Shown here piece by piece: positions 16,792 through 29,400 of a stretch of DNA of 64,000 nt (positions are counted from its first letter, which is position 1; every line of letters starts with the position of its first letter). Position numbers and translations under genes: made by a program. Where the stretch lies: positions 1,802,222 through 1,866,221 of the forward strand of contig CAJFCJ010000007.1 in assembly GCA_904063045.1 (NCBI GenBank). Direction: 5' to 3'. The notes under the pieces were generated by a model. The model was not told the origin of the DNA. It did not search any database and saw only the letters and a list, made by a program, of their open reading frames with translations. Source of the stretch: Dimorphilus gyrociliatus. Taxonomy: Eukaryota > Animalia > Annelida.

Positions 16792-16902
16792 AGCTTCTTC
16801 ACGTTGTTGAGGCTTATTAGAGATAAGAAACTTCAAGAGGCGGCGCTGAACACTCAAACGAACAAGAAGAAAGACAAGAAACGAAGATGCGTTGTTTTAT
16901 GA
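16792..16902 (+). CDS. RALA: Alternative last exon of Ral (SFFTLLRLIRDKKLQEAALNTQTNKKKDKKRRCVVL*)
   Basis: AG acceptor at 16790-16791 in phase 0, matching the donor at 16280. The translation is paralogous to exon 16388-16510 (LMRLIRDRK vs LLRLIRDKK) and ends in a polybasic stretch, CAAX and TGA. Confidence 0.85.
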   Translation, partial: SFFTLLRLIRDKKLQEAALNTQTNKKKDKKRRCVVL

Positions 16903-17204
16903 TCATTTGTAGTGGTTTGATCAAGTTTGTTGCTATACTGATAACTTGATTTAGATGTAATTCAGTATAGTTATGAACGAGTCTTCATACGTACGATTAG
17001 TTGCTTGGTTTTCTTTGTATACATACACGTACGTATATTATCGAGGTGCTGTTATATGCTTTGCATATTTGTGCTAGTTTTTCATTTGATTTAAAAATAT
17101 TTCATATCTTTGAGTGCAAATACTGTATTAAGCCTAACAATGAAAAGAAATGTGGAGACCTTGACAGTGCGTGAGACAACACAAGGCAGTGAGCACCAAC
17201 ACAG

Positions 17205-17219
17205 CCACTAGAGGGCGGC
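17205..17219 (+). promoter_or_regulatory. CTCF-like motif between the convergent Ral and GSE1 3' ends
   Basis: CCACTAGAGGGCGGC, a near-perfect match to the CTCF core. Confidence 0.5.
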
Positions 17220-17267
17220 ACTGTTCGTCTTATCACAGTTTTACGAAAGGGAAAGCAGTTCAATATA

Positions 17268-20200
17268 TTAGGAACAAAGAAGTCTTAAAGTCCTCTTTAA
17301 ATGTTCAATAGAATTCAAAAAACTTCTATGCTCATCTTCAAGTTTCGTTTTCTCTGTGACGAGTTTCTGAAAAGGATAAATTAATTATTATGGTTTTCAC
17401 AAAAGTAGCTAAATCTAACAGTTATCTCCGAGTTATAATCATCACACTTTCTCGCTAGACTTTCATTGTCGGTCTGTAAGCGAGAGCAATTTTCTTGTAA
17501 AATTTTTTTCTCCGCCTGCTGCTCTGTAATGTATATTAAAAGGCGATCAATAAGACATTAGGCGTTGCGTTGCGCACGCTGATATTCTTTCTTTACCTTG
17601 TAAATGCTTGCAGTAAGCGTTTACCACAGCCTCTACACCAGGCCATTTGTAAGACAGGGAAATGTTTTCGTCATCTGTGTCATCATTTTTCAGTTTTACT
17701 TGTCGTGACCTTTCCTGCTGTATAGTTGTTGCCAAAACTGATTCATGGAATTGTTCGGCGAATTCTCGACTTATAGCCGTCGTAGATTCATTAAATAGCT
17801 TAACAGCCTCAAGTCGTTTTTTTACACCATCGAGCTGTTGAGCCCTCCTTTTGTGATCAATATCACAAGCTTGCCGAACTTTATCCATTATTATTCGAAC
17901 ATCTCGATCAACCGGTCTAAGATCACAAGCATCCGCTAAAAAAGCAACCTTTCGCTTGAAGTCTGATCCCTTGCACAGCTCATCGGCATCAATATCGGGC
18001 GGTGATAACCCAAATTCTTCAACACATAAGACTAGACCGTTAGTCTTTGTCGATTTCGGTGTCTCTTTACAGCCATTAGAAGCTACAGGAGGAACAGGCG
18101 AGATCGGTTCGTATATTGGTCTGCTTCGTTTTTCTGGTGATTTTCTGTTTGGAGACCCATCAAACCCATTGGCAACAAAGGTTTTAGAGGAAGTGGGTGT
18201 CGATTCAAGAAACGGCCGATGAAGTGCGTGTGGAGGAGTCGTCCGCATTATTTTTTGATTAGGTTCACCAAGTTGAGAGCTGGATTTCGGCGATGCAAGA
18301 GGTCGTTTACGCTCATTACGAAGTAAGGCGTCCTGATGGTGGAGAAATTGTTGTTGCATAAGGCTATGACGCCCAGCCACTTCTTGCAATTGCTGCTGTT
18401 GCTGAGCCCACTTTGCCGTATCTCGAGCTTTAGCTAAAGGATCATAGGCACTCAGTTGATCATGAAGAGGAAAAGCATTTCTGTATTTTTCCCGCAGAGC
18501 GAGTGTTTCACGCTCCAGCCGTAGTCTTTCTTGTTGCTCTCGTTGTTGCCTCTCACTCTCGCGTTTCCTTTCTAATTCCTTTTGCCGCTCGGCTGCCTCC
18601 CTGCGTTCTCGTTCTTCTTTGTCTCGACGAGCGTTTTCTTCACTTTTTCGGTTAGAAGACGACGTTAAAGCGAGCGGCTGTTGTTGACTGGCCATGATGT
18701 CACCGTATCTTACAGGCAGGCTTGGATGGAGGGAGTGCTGAGGCAATGATGCAGCTGCTGCTGCTGCGGCTGCGGCTGCTGCGTAAGGCATGAGAGAAGA
18801 CTGCTGCATCAATCGATATCGTTCGAGAAGAAGCGGATCGGCGTGCAAGGAATGCAAGAAAGCTGGGTGATAATGTTGATATGCTGCTGCTGCTGCTGCA
18901 GCAGCATACATGGAAGAAGGATCGTAGCCTCCCCCAAGAGATGCTTGAACACTTCCATGATCAGAAACTGGAACGGTTGATGATGAAGACGGAACAACTG
19001 ATGCTCCACTTGTTGGTCTATAAGGTTGAAAGCCCCTTTCTTCTAAGGGTCGGGAATTGCTTCCGGCTGAACTCATTGACTGTTGTTGATTTGGACTGGA
19101 AGAAACTTCGGTAGTCTGCAGAAAATTGCAATGTTTTAATTATTAATTACCCTATTATCCACGATCACGATTCGTGAATGCATTCGCAGAGTTTTCCCTG
19201 TTTAACAAAAACTATTGCCTCAAAAAATACACTTTCATTATTAATCTCAATTGGTATCTTTAAACTTAAAAACACAGAACGTTGGCTTTTACTCATTGGA
19301 TTGATTTGCCGAAAGTATATCAATAATCCGTAGATTAGTATGATTCTTTAAATTCGAATGTAAATTTTAAAACTAAATATAACATTCTCTAATTCAGTGA
19401 TAACAAACCCATTGACATATAAATATGGTAGATACAATGCATATGTACAATAATATGCAGAATGAAACGTATAAACATTACATACATATAGAGTTCCCCC
19501 ATATATATATATAAATTTATATATACTGTATATAACACATTGATACACAGATATATATATATTACTTAAATCTTTATTATGTATATTCTATAAATACATA
19601 TAACATATATATGCTGTATATTTATACGTAAGCGCGTTCGTTTTCCGAAGCGTGTTCTACTTACAAGGCGATCGATTCGCATGAAAATATTCCGTTAATT
19701 ATTTCGTTGGCGCCAGTCAGAGTAAAATGTTTTGATAAATGTTCTTATCGCGATTAGAACAGATTAAGGTGGTAAAATGAACAGAACAGTAGAAGAAAGG
19801 CGATGAAAAAAGACGCCAGCTAAAAGCAGCAGCGATGAGAATGCAAATGTCTGATGAACGTTTAACGCTCTAACGGCCAACTTAAAAACGGCGCGCCCTT
19901 ACGCTAAAGCGTTAAAAACGCAAAACATTCAGTTTACTTACCCAACTTTTAGTGTCTGATGATGACTTGTCTAAATTATGAATTGGAGGAGAAGATGATT
20001 TTTTATCGACTGAAAAAAATACGCAATAAATATAACCAGAAAGCTGCTTGACAAAATTTTCGTTTGGAAAGCATTGGACTGAACATACCGGCAGCGCCAT
20101 CTCCTGCTTGTTTGGCGAGTTTTCGAAGAGCAGCAGCGAAGCCTGATGAATTCCTTGTCGAACTACTAGGTGGCGTAGATGTGTTAGTAGGTTTTGGTAA

Positions 20201-21519
20201 ACCTAACAGAAATGAAAATGTTCGTAAACTAAAAACATGTGAAATTTAACTGTCCTAAATAAACAGGGAAAGTACATAAAACTAACAGATAATTTTACTA
20301 GGTATTGAATAGGAATTGAAAAACTGATTTCTTAAGTATTTAAAAAATTTCTTTGTTGTTTAACAAAAAGTAGCTACATCTTTGTCATTGGTGGCGACGC
20401 CTTGTGGATATTTTAAACTGACGCCTGGAAATCAGTTGTCAAGGTAACGTCACGCGAGAAGTTTACTTACCTGTTTCATTTCCCAAATCATTGACATCTC
20501 CATGTTTTGCATCTGTAGGTGGGGCTATTTCTACAGGTGCTCCATCTTGTGAATCCAACTGAAATCAAATAGTGTACGAGTGCACATTTTAGTACTATTG
20601 CACTGGAGTGGTTCTCATGTACCGCTTAACTGATACTAAATTTATTTTTTTAAATAACAAAGTAAAAGCAGAATTTGATTTCATACTTATTAAAGTATAC
20701 GAACCGGAATTAACGCGGTGATCATATATCGCGAACGATTACTTTGCAAATTACCCATAATAGTTATTCACTAGTCACTCGTAATCACAGAATAATTAAT
20801 TCTGTGTTCAAATTGTAATCGTTTCTAAATTTGGGAACAGGTGGCGATACGATCGCCATTTCGCGCAGTTCAAAGGTGGCAAACAGGTGGCGGACACCTA
20901 CCGTCTTCTTCGTCTTCATACCATCAACTTCGTATACTCTCAATTCGTCTGACACATTTGAATCATCGAAAGCTCTCCATTGTCTGTGTAAAGAACGTTG
21001 ACAACCAATACAAACTTTTGTCATCCCATGGAGGTCAAGAGCTGACGCTCCTTTCGCAGGTTTAGTTTCTTCAAGAAATGGAAAGTAGGGTTCCCCATTT
21101 GCATGAGATCGCGAATATATAAAACGAGCAGAAACTTGTGAATGTTGGGCACCACACAAGAAACAGACAAATGTCTGTTGATCACCAGGTGTTTGCAAGG
21201 GTAGTTGGGGTTGGTGATTTTGCGATGATACTCTTGTATATTCCGTTCCAACAAATTGTTTATCGTCGCATCGTTTTAACCAATATAAACGTTTGACAGC
21301 CGGAGTATTCTGACGTTCGTAAGCTTCCCATTGTTGTAGAAGAAACATATAGCATACTGTACAAACTGATTTACAAGAATCTTCAGCGAATTGACCGAAC
21401 CCAGCAGGGGGTTGATGATTTTCCAAAAAAGGGAAATAAGCCTCTCCGTTTTGCCTTTGTTTAGCACTTAATTTATAAGTCACTGTTATCTTACTACCGC
21501 ACACGAAGCAGACGCTCAT
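17268..21519 (-). CDS. GSE1: Genetic suppressor element 1-like coiled-coil protein
   Basis: The exon near 20085-20200 encodes SSGFAAALRKLAKQA (GSE1 N-terminal motif). There is a central ER-rich coiled coil. KWPGVEAVVNAYCKH is followed by two coiled-coil exons (EQQAEKKILQENCSRL.., KLVTEK..LKRTLRLLCS*, stop 17268-17270). The first exon has two Cys-rich repeats. Confidence 0.85.
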
Positions 21520-21625
21520 TTTCTCCTATCGCTGTTCGCAACTGCAGCTCTGCCATCCCACCATGCATTGCGATACCGATAGATGACGACACTGAACATT
21601 CAGAAAATATTATTCTCTCTTCAAA

Positions 21626-23166
21626 ATGGCGTCTTTGGTTTGCAGACGATCTTCGACCGGACATCTGAAAAAAGTTTATCGTTTAATTAACAATAGATTT
21701 CTTTCGACCTCCTCCTATAACTTGTGTACTGAAGTATCGACCACTTTGAATTTCCCAAAGAGTGAAGAAGAATTATTTAGGGAAAAGGAGGAATTTATTC
21801 CTCTAACAAAACATACACTCTTTCGCTATTTGGTACAGGACGACGATTTATTAAACAAGAATAATAAAAAATTGTTTGAAGATGTTTCTTTTCGGCTTGG
21901 AATTTACGCTAATCGAAAATATAATGGAAAGTTAAATGATTTAAAAGTTCGTATGTTTTAGATTTGTGATGCATTTATTAACATTCATAAAATTATAGTC
22001 TCTCTTCGAACCCATAAATCCCGATTTGAATAAGCTAGCAACTCATAATTGGACAAGGCGAGAATGCTTAGACAACGAATTTTGGCTAATGAAAGGATTG
22101 AGTGAAGTCTTAACAAAAGCTAATTTTAAAGAAATTCCAGATGACGATGTCAAAAGATCCCTCTCAAAACATTCAACTTCCGAAGGCGTAAGAGTAGAAG
22201 TTGATTCATCCAAATATGATATAATGAAGTTTTGGACTCTTGGAAAAGAAAAAGTTAATTCAAAATCTATTTTTCGTCAACTTCTTTCCGCTATTGGAAA
22301 ACCATCTGCAAGTGAACAATACAAGAGAGTCGTTATTGCCTCAAGGTTACGCAAGGACAACAAGCTCTCCATAAAAGCTTTTAAAGATGTTTGTTAATGT
22401 TTCTTTAAAACATAGATAATTTTATTTCTTGTATTTTAGATTTCCAGCGGTTCTCTGGAACAATTACTTCCGGACGCTAAAATAAGCATGTCTCGATACG
22501 ATAAAACTGTTATTGGTATAAGCGCAGCATTAGCTGGACTTGGAGGATTATCGCAAGCAATAGCTTATCTTGTTCAAATGAATGTTACTTGGCCGATCAT
22601 TTTAATCCTAATCACAGCAATAAAAACTGTTCATTCTGTTGGAATTTACCAAAACAAAAAAAACCGATATTTATTACAACTGCATAAAGTTCTTTATAGT
22701 AAAAATATTGCAAACAATAGGGTTAGTATATTTATGAAATAGGTTGATTCTGTTATGACTGAATTTTGTGTTTTAGGGTTTGCTCACTCTTATAATAGAT
22801 AGAGCCGAGGATGAAGTTTTAAAAGAAATTCTCCTCGTTTATTCATTTTTACTGTCCATTGATTCCCTAAAAAGTGAAGTTAATGGAATTACAATAGCGT
22901 TGTTAGAAAGTTCTATTGAGGGTTGGATTTTCCAAAAAACTGGAAGAGAAATAAAATTCAATTCTCGCGAGGCAATTGAATTACTAACTGATTTAAAATT
23001 AATAGCAAACAATGAGAATAATATCTTTTGTCTCCCACTATCCAAAACTGTTCTTAATTTACCAATACAATCAGCTTTTGATATACTTGACTGTCGCGAA
23101 GACGAGGGATATGATGAAAAAATACCTGAGAAGAAGGAGAAAAAATATTTTAACTGGTTTAAATAA
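21626..23166 (+). CDS. TMEM143: TMEM143-like (DUF3754) membrane protein, about 4 exons
   Basis: Mitochondrial-presequence-like N-terminus, EEFIPLTKHTL, FEPINPD, VLTKANF, two hydrophobic helices, and LIIDRAEDEVLKEILLVY. Confidence 0.7.
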
Positions 23167-23411
23167 CTTCATTAATTCAATATTTTTGACTTTATCAATA
23201 AATTTTGTCTTATTATAAAATATGATATTAATTACCCTTGAGAATTCCTTATCTTAAACTGACACCCCTAGTTTGTAAAGGTGAAACCAATAGTAAACTG
23301 TTCCTTGGCAGACGCGCGAATCGCCTACTTTTCCTTGTGGTCTGGCATAGATATAGGATTAGTGCCAGTTTAAAACACGCTACAGGCTAGGTGAAAGTAT
23401 TGGTCTTCGAG

Positions 23412-26400
23412 ATGCTGGTAAGCGTGGTTGTCTTTCTGGCGATTATTCAACGGCTGAATTGTAATCTCTTAGTACCCAAATTGTTCAATTTGGCGGCCGG
23501 AAGTAAAATAACAGCAACCGCAACTTGTGGTGAAGAACGAGAAGAAGAATATTGCAGGCTTTTTGGTTTGAGCGGAAAGCAGCCTACATGTGGAAGATGC
23601 AAATGGTGGAATGATCCAGCATCTGATACTAAAGAGTTATTCAAACCAGAATTCGCTATTGCAGGAGAGAAAGGTAGTTGGATGAGTCCTCCATTTAGTA
23701 GTGGAGATAATAAGGATGACTATGAAAAAGTTAATCTGACAATTCACTTTGACCAGGTACTAGTTATTATTTTTCATTAAGAAATCTAGTTTACAAAAAA
23801 CTATTATATGAATAAGAAGCTAAATCTAAGAGTATTCAAAGGGCGGTGGCACGTCTTAGAGTATAATTGTAAGCCGATACGAGACTACTCTAACCGACCT
23901 ATTGCACCCAACCTATAAATACATTTATAGAGCGTAAAAGATTAGGCTTATCTATTTCTTTGTTAAAACGGCCTATTATATAACCGGGTTGATAAAAATT
24001 GTTTGGGATAAAACATACATTTTTATAAATCTTTTTTGCAGCCGTATTATGTAGCATACATCCACATAGAATCGGGATATGGTCTCTTTCCAAAGACCCT
24101 AGCTATTCACAGATCATCAGACGGGGGGAAAACATACACACCCTGGTATTATATAACTCAATCCGTGGAGGACTGTGACAATTATTTTGGAAAGGGAAAT
24201 TGGGTTAAGAAAATAACTAATATTAATGAAGTTAAGTGTGATTTTGAAGAAAATCGTGGATGGGGAAAAAATCAGTTCCACGAATTCACTGTACCCCTTT
24301 TTAGAGACTACTGTAGGGCTATGGGAGATACAAAAAAGTGTCATTCCAATAGGCAACTTTTAAATTTCACTCAAGCAACTGATGTAAGACTTTCATTCAT
24401 GGCCGTTAAACGAGATAACTATGGGCAATTTGGTTTTGGAGCTTATGATGAAAAAATTTACAACCGAGTAAGTTTAAAAGTTTTAAGTGCATTTTTTAAC
24501 TCTAAAAAATTTTACTTTTTCAGTACTTTTATAGTGTTAGAGCCCTTCAAATCGGTGGTATGTGCATGTGTCATGGCCATGGTCAGGACTGCTACAAACG
24601 AGGAGATAAAGATGTATGTGAATGTGAGCATAACACTCAAGGCGATAATTGTGATACATGTAAGCCAAAATTTCGTCAAAGAAAATGGATGCCTGCTAAT
24701 GAAACACATACCAATGCCTGCGAAGAATGTAACTGTCATGGTCATTCTGATTTCTGCATTTACAATGAAACAGTTAGTAAACTCCATCTATCTCTCAATA
24801 TGAGAAACGAATATGAAGGTGGTGGTGTTTGTCTCGAATGTCGTGACAACACTGAAGGTGTAAATTGTGAAAAATGCAAGTATGGATACACTTTGGATAG
24901 ACGTTCATCTTTCCATGGATGTGTTGAGTGCAATTGCTATGAATCTGCATACTATACAGGCGAGTGTGATCCTGAAACTGGGAAATGCTATTGCAAAAAG
25001 GGATATACTGGTGATCTTTGTCAGGACTGTGCAAGTGGATACTACAAATCTGATGCGAGCATTTCTGAGTATTGTTTTGAGTGTCCTTGCAATATTAACG
25101 GTACTTTATCTGTTGGAAATCAAGACAACTGCCAAAATAATATTATTGGTTGTAAATGTAAGCTTCATGTTATTGGAGAGAAATGTGACAGATGTGAACC
25201 AGGTTACTGGAATTTTCCGTCATGTCAAAGTATGTATTTACTAAATCCCTCTCTCTGCTATATATTCTCTCTTTCAGAATGTGACTGTGACCCTCGGTTC
25301 TCAGAGGGTAACCAGGTGTGTGATGAAACAAATGGAAAATGTTTCTGTAAAGCAGCTTATACAGGGGATAACTGTTCGAGATGTGCAGATGGTTTCTTCA
25401 ACTTTCCTGACTGTGAAAGTTAGCTTCTCATTCGAAATCTTGTTATTTATAAAGCTTGTATAATTTTCAGAATGCCAATGTAATGCTCTAGGACAGACAA
25501 AGGCAAAATGTAACAAAATCACTGGTGAATGTATTTGTAGAACAGAGTTCAGTGGAGATAAATGTCAGAACTGTGCTGATGGTTTTTACAAGCAAAGAGG
25601 ATTTTGTGAAGAATGCCAATGTAATACTTTGGGAACGAAAGAAGAGTCTATATCTTGTGATATTCACGGCATATGTAATTGTAAAGATGGTTACAACGGC
25701 GATAAATGTGAATCATGTGAAGTCGGATATTTTAATGCGAATTCGAAACAACCAAACGAACCCATGCAATGCGAACGTAAAATATTACAATATAGATTTA
25801 TTGTCATAATATAAAATCATATGTTAACTTTCAGCTTGTAGATGCAATAAGGAGGGTTCATCGTATGATCGATGTGATAGTAATGGAGTATGCACATGCA
25901 AAAATAAGATTACAGGAAGAAAGTGTAATGAATGCATACCTGGTCTATTCATATTTCCCAAGTGTATTGGTATTTAACAGCTAAGCTCTTCAGAAGCATG
26001 ATACTAAAATGTTTCTTTCAGAATGCGTATGCAATGAAAAAGGCTCAGAGAAAATAGGAGCAGATATCTCCTCTTCCAGTTTTTGCAAAGGCTCTGTTGA
26101 GGAGTCGTTATGCACCTGTAAAAAAAATGTTGAAGGTCAACTTTGTGACCGATGCAAACGTGGCTTTTACAACATGACTCAAGAAAGTATAACTGGATGT
26201 GAAAATTGTTTTTGTAATTCATTAGGAGTTTTTGAAAACTCCTGTAAAGAAGGCGGAGATTGCTTCTGTAAAAAATATGTTCAAGAAGGAAAATGCCTTA
26301 AATGTAAAAGTGGTTTTTATAATCTTGATCCAAGTAACCTTTTTGGATGTTCAGGTTTGCTGTTATGTTTATGAGTAGTTCAGCAAACATTAACACCTCT

Positions 26401-29400
26401 TAATTTTTCGTTTTATTAAGCATGCAAGTGTTTTGTCACTGGTTCAATCAATGACGAATGTGATGCTGGAGGTAGATGCACTTGTAAAACTGGGTTTTCA
26501 GGCAACAAATGTGACAAGTAAGTGAGATACTGTAATCTTTAAATCAAGACTAATGAAAGGATATTTTGAAGGATAATTGATGGCTATTATTATCCTAATC
26601 TGCACCATTTAACAAGTCAATTTGAAAATGCTATTGATCAAGATGATGCAAGCCTACCTGTCGAACAGAAAGATGAACGAAAATACATTCTACTGAATAA
26701 AGATGTGAGATATTTGTAATAAATTGTCACAGCTAAATGGAGGAAACATGTTTTTCAGATTGAAATTTCTCTCCTGGTTGAGATACCAAAGCCAGGTGCT
26801 TATACGATACTTATAAAATATTCTCCGATAAATTTATCCCTTCGAAAGTTGGCAATTACTTACGTTAGTATGCGAATCATAAAATAATAATGAACTTCAA
26901 AACCGTATAAAACACAGAGAGTACCAAATTCTCTGAATTATAAAGAGCCGAAAGATTTTGCTTTAATTGGAGATAGTGCTGAGTTTACCCTTAGAGCTAT
27001 TGGAGAGGTCATATTTGAGCAGAATGGTACATACAGGTTTTACTTTCAATCTGACAATGATGTTTATTTGGTAAGTAAGTTTAGAAAGAGAGGCAAAATT
27101 TTAAATTCTCAATCTTCAGGATCTTCTTGAGGTCCAACCAAAATTATACAGAACTGCTGAGTCAGATAGGGCCTTGATTACAGAAGTAATTGAACGCCCT
27201 TGTAAAGGCAGTGATGACGACATGTATGTATGAGATTGTACATATTTTATTATATTTTTTATATCTATGTATGAATACTTTCAGGTGCAAGAATTTCTCC
27301 TATGTTCCTCTAGATACTTACGACCACTCTTTGAGCTCTGATTCAAATAAACAGGAAATAAATTTGTCTTTAAGGAAATCACAACCATATGTGATTATAA
27401 TAGAGTATCAAAGTCATTTAGATGTACGAAATACTTCATCGATTTATGTGTCTTCTGAGAACTTGAATGAGCACGAAATATATTCTACGTTTTATCCTTG
27501 TAATTTTCAGTAAGTGAAGTAATAGATAATTGAAAAATACTAATTGTGTTAAATTATAGATTTTCTTGTCGAGCTGTAGTCCAATGGAATAGTACAGACA
27601 ACAATGAATATATGAGCGTTATTCACTCATTTAAGGCTGGAGATGTTTTGTTTAATTTCAGAGATGTTCCTGACAAAATTAGTATAGAGAAACTATATGC
27701 CATTCCTTTATCTATTTGGCATCCAAGTGTTATTGAGCCTCGTTTTTCATGCATTTACAAAAATGGGAAATGCGTTGATTTGGAATTTCCGATTCCTATT
27801 GCATATATTGACATGAATGACGAAATAAATGCTATTACTCTTAAAGACTATCATCCACCAAATCAGCCTCTTGTTTTGCGGCATAGCTTATCGGTATAAG
27901 TCTCACTTATGGAATAATAGAAATACTGTATTTTGATCTTTTTCAGCAACCTTTGACAAAAAATTTCGAAACATCAAATATTGGTCATCATGACATATAT
28001 ATTAGATATTACCAACCGTTTGATAGCTTTGTTAAAAGTGAAGTTATTATTGATGGTGCTGATTTAGTGCCACGTAAGGGCATACTTGAAACGAAGTTTT
28101 GCAATCATATTTTCGGATGTCTAGAAAAAGTTCAATTAGAAAATAGCTATTTTCAGGATTATGGCCAAAGTCAAATAACTTTTCAACCGCCTCGTAATAA
28201 TAAATTTTACTTGGTGCGTATCTTTTTGTTCTCTTGTATATTTTCATAACTATTTTTTTCAAAGGATTCAATTCTTGTTTACAACAAATTTGAAAATCGA
28301 GATATCTCTCAGCTTCCCGAGCATAGTCATCTCCCGCTAACAGAGCAATACGTTAAGGAGTGTAGGGGAAACAACTATTTTGATATCAAGTCTGATGATA
28401 GCGATTTCTGTTTAAAATCAGCTTTAATTTTAACTTCAAATTTTAATGATGGATTGCTGAAATGTGAATGTAACACTTTGGGTTCCGTAAATATTGTTTG
28501 TGACAAATTCGCTGGTCAGTGTAAATGCAAAGAAAATGTAGTAAATCGCCAGTGTACAGCTTGTAAAAGGGGTTATTTTGGATTCCCGAATTGTAAACAA
28601 TGCAACTGTGGTAAAAAGAAATGCAATCCAGTTACCGGAGAATGTATATGTCCTTTTGGAACAACTGGCAAAGATTGTGATAAATGTATTGAAAATCATT
28701 ATAGTAGAAATTCTACATTGTACGGTTGCAAACCTTGCAATTGCAATATTGAGGGCACGAATGGAGTTGAAACTTGCAATTCAACAACAGGGCAATGTCA
28801 GTGTAAAGCTCACACGACAGGAAGAAATTGTGGCATTTGTCTTAACGGCTTTTTTGATTTTCCCAGTTGCAAAGTGTGTAACTGTGACAAGAAGGGAACT
28901 ACAGAAAATGTTTGCGATAAAAAAACCGGATTTTGCTTGTGCAAAGTAAGTTTCTGTGATTAATTATTTTCTCGTAGTGTTATATAGTGAATAAAATACT
29001 GACACCCTTCATGTTTGTATATACTTTACTAGGAAAATGTTTATGGCGAAAGATGCGATCAATGTAAACAATCAACTTTTTATTTGGAGGATAGAAATAA
29101 GCTTGGTTGTACCAAATGTTTCTGCTTTGATAGAAGTATGATTTGTGATTCGTCGACTTTGAGACGAATCAAAATATTTTCTGCACAGGACTGGAAGTTA
29201 TCAAATGATGTGAATGAAACTTTGATGGCTAATTCTCAGAATGATACATCATTTGTTTTGATGAAAAATGCAATGAAAAATTATACTTGGTTCTGGCATG
29301 CTCCAAAGGAATACGTAGGAAATATGTTGAAATCATATGGCGGAAAATTAATATTAACATTAAATTTTGAAATGTCAACATCTGGAAATACTTTTGGTGT

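Noticed and set aside
23757-24041. Longer first laminin intron with a small palindrome (CTATAAAT-AC-ATTTATAG), considered as a MITE relic
   Set aside because: No terminal inverted repeats or target-site duplication identifiable.
24117-29000. Numerous overlapping alternative-frame and antisense ORFs across laminin
   Set aside because: Shadows of the Cys-rich EGF exons with no independent coding signal.
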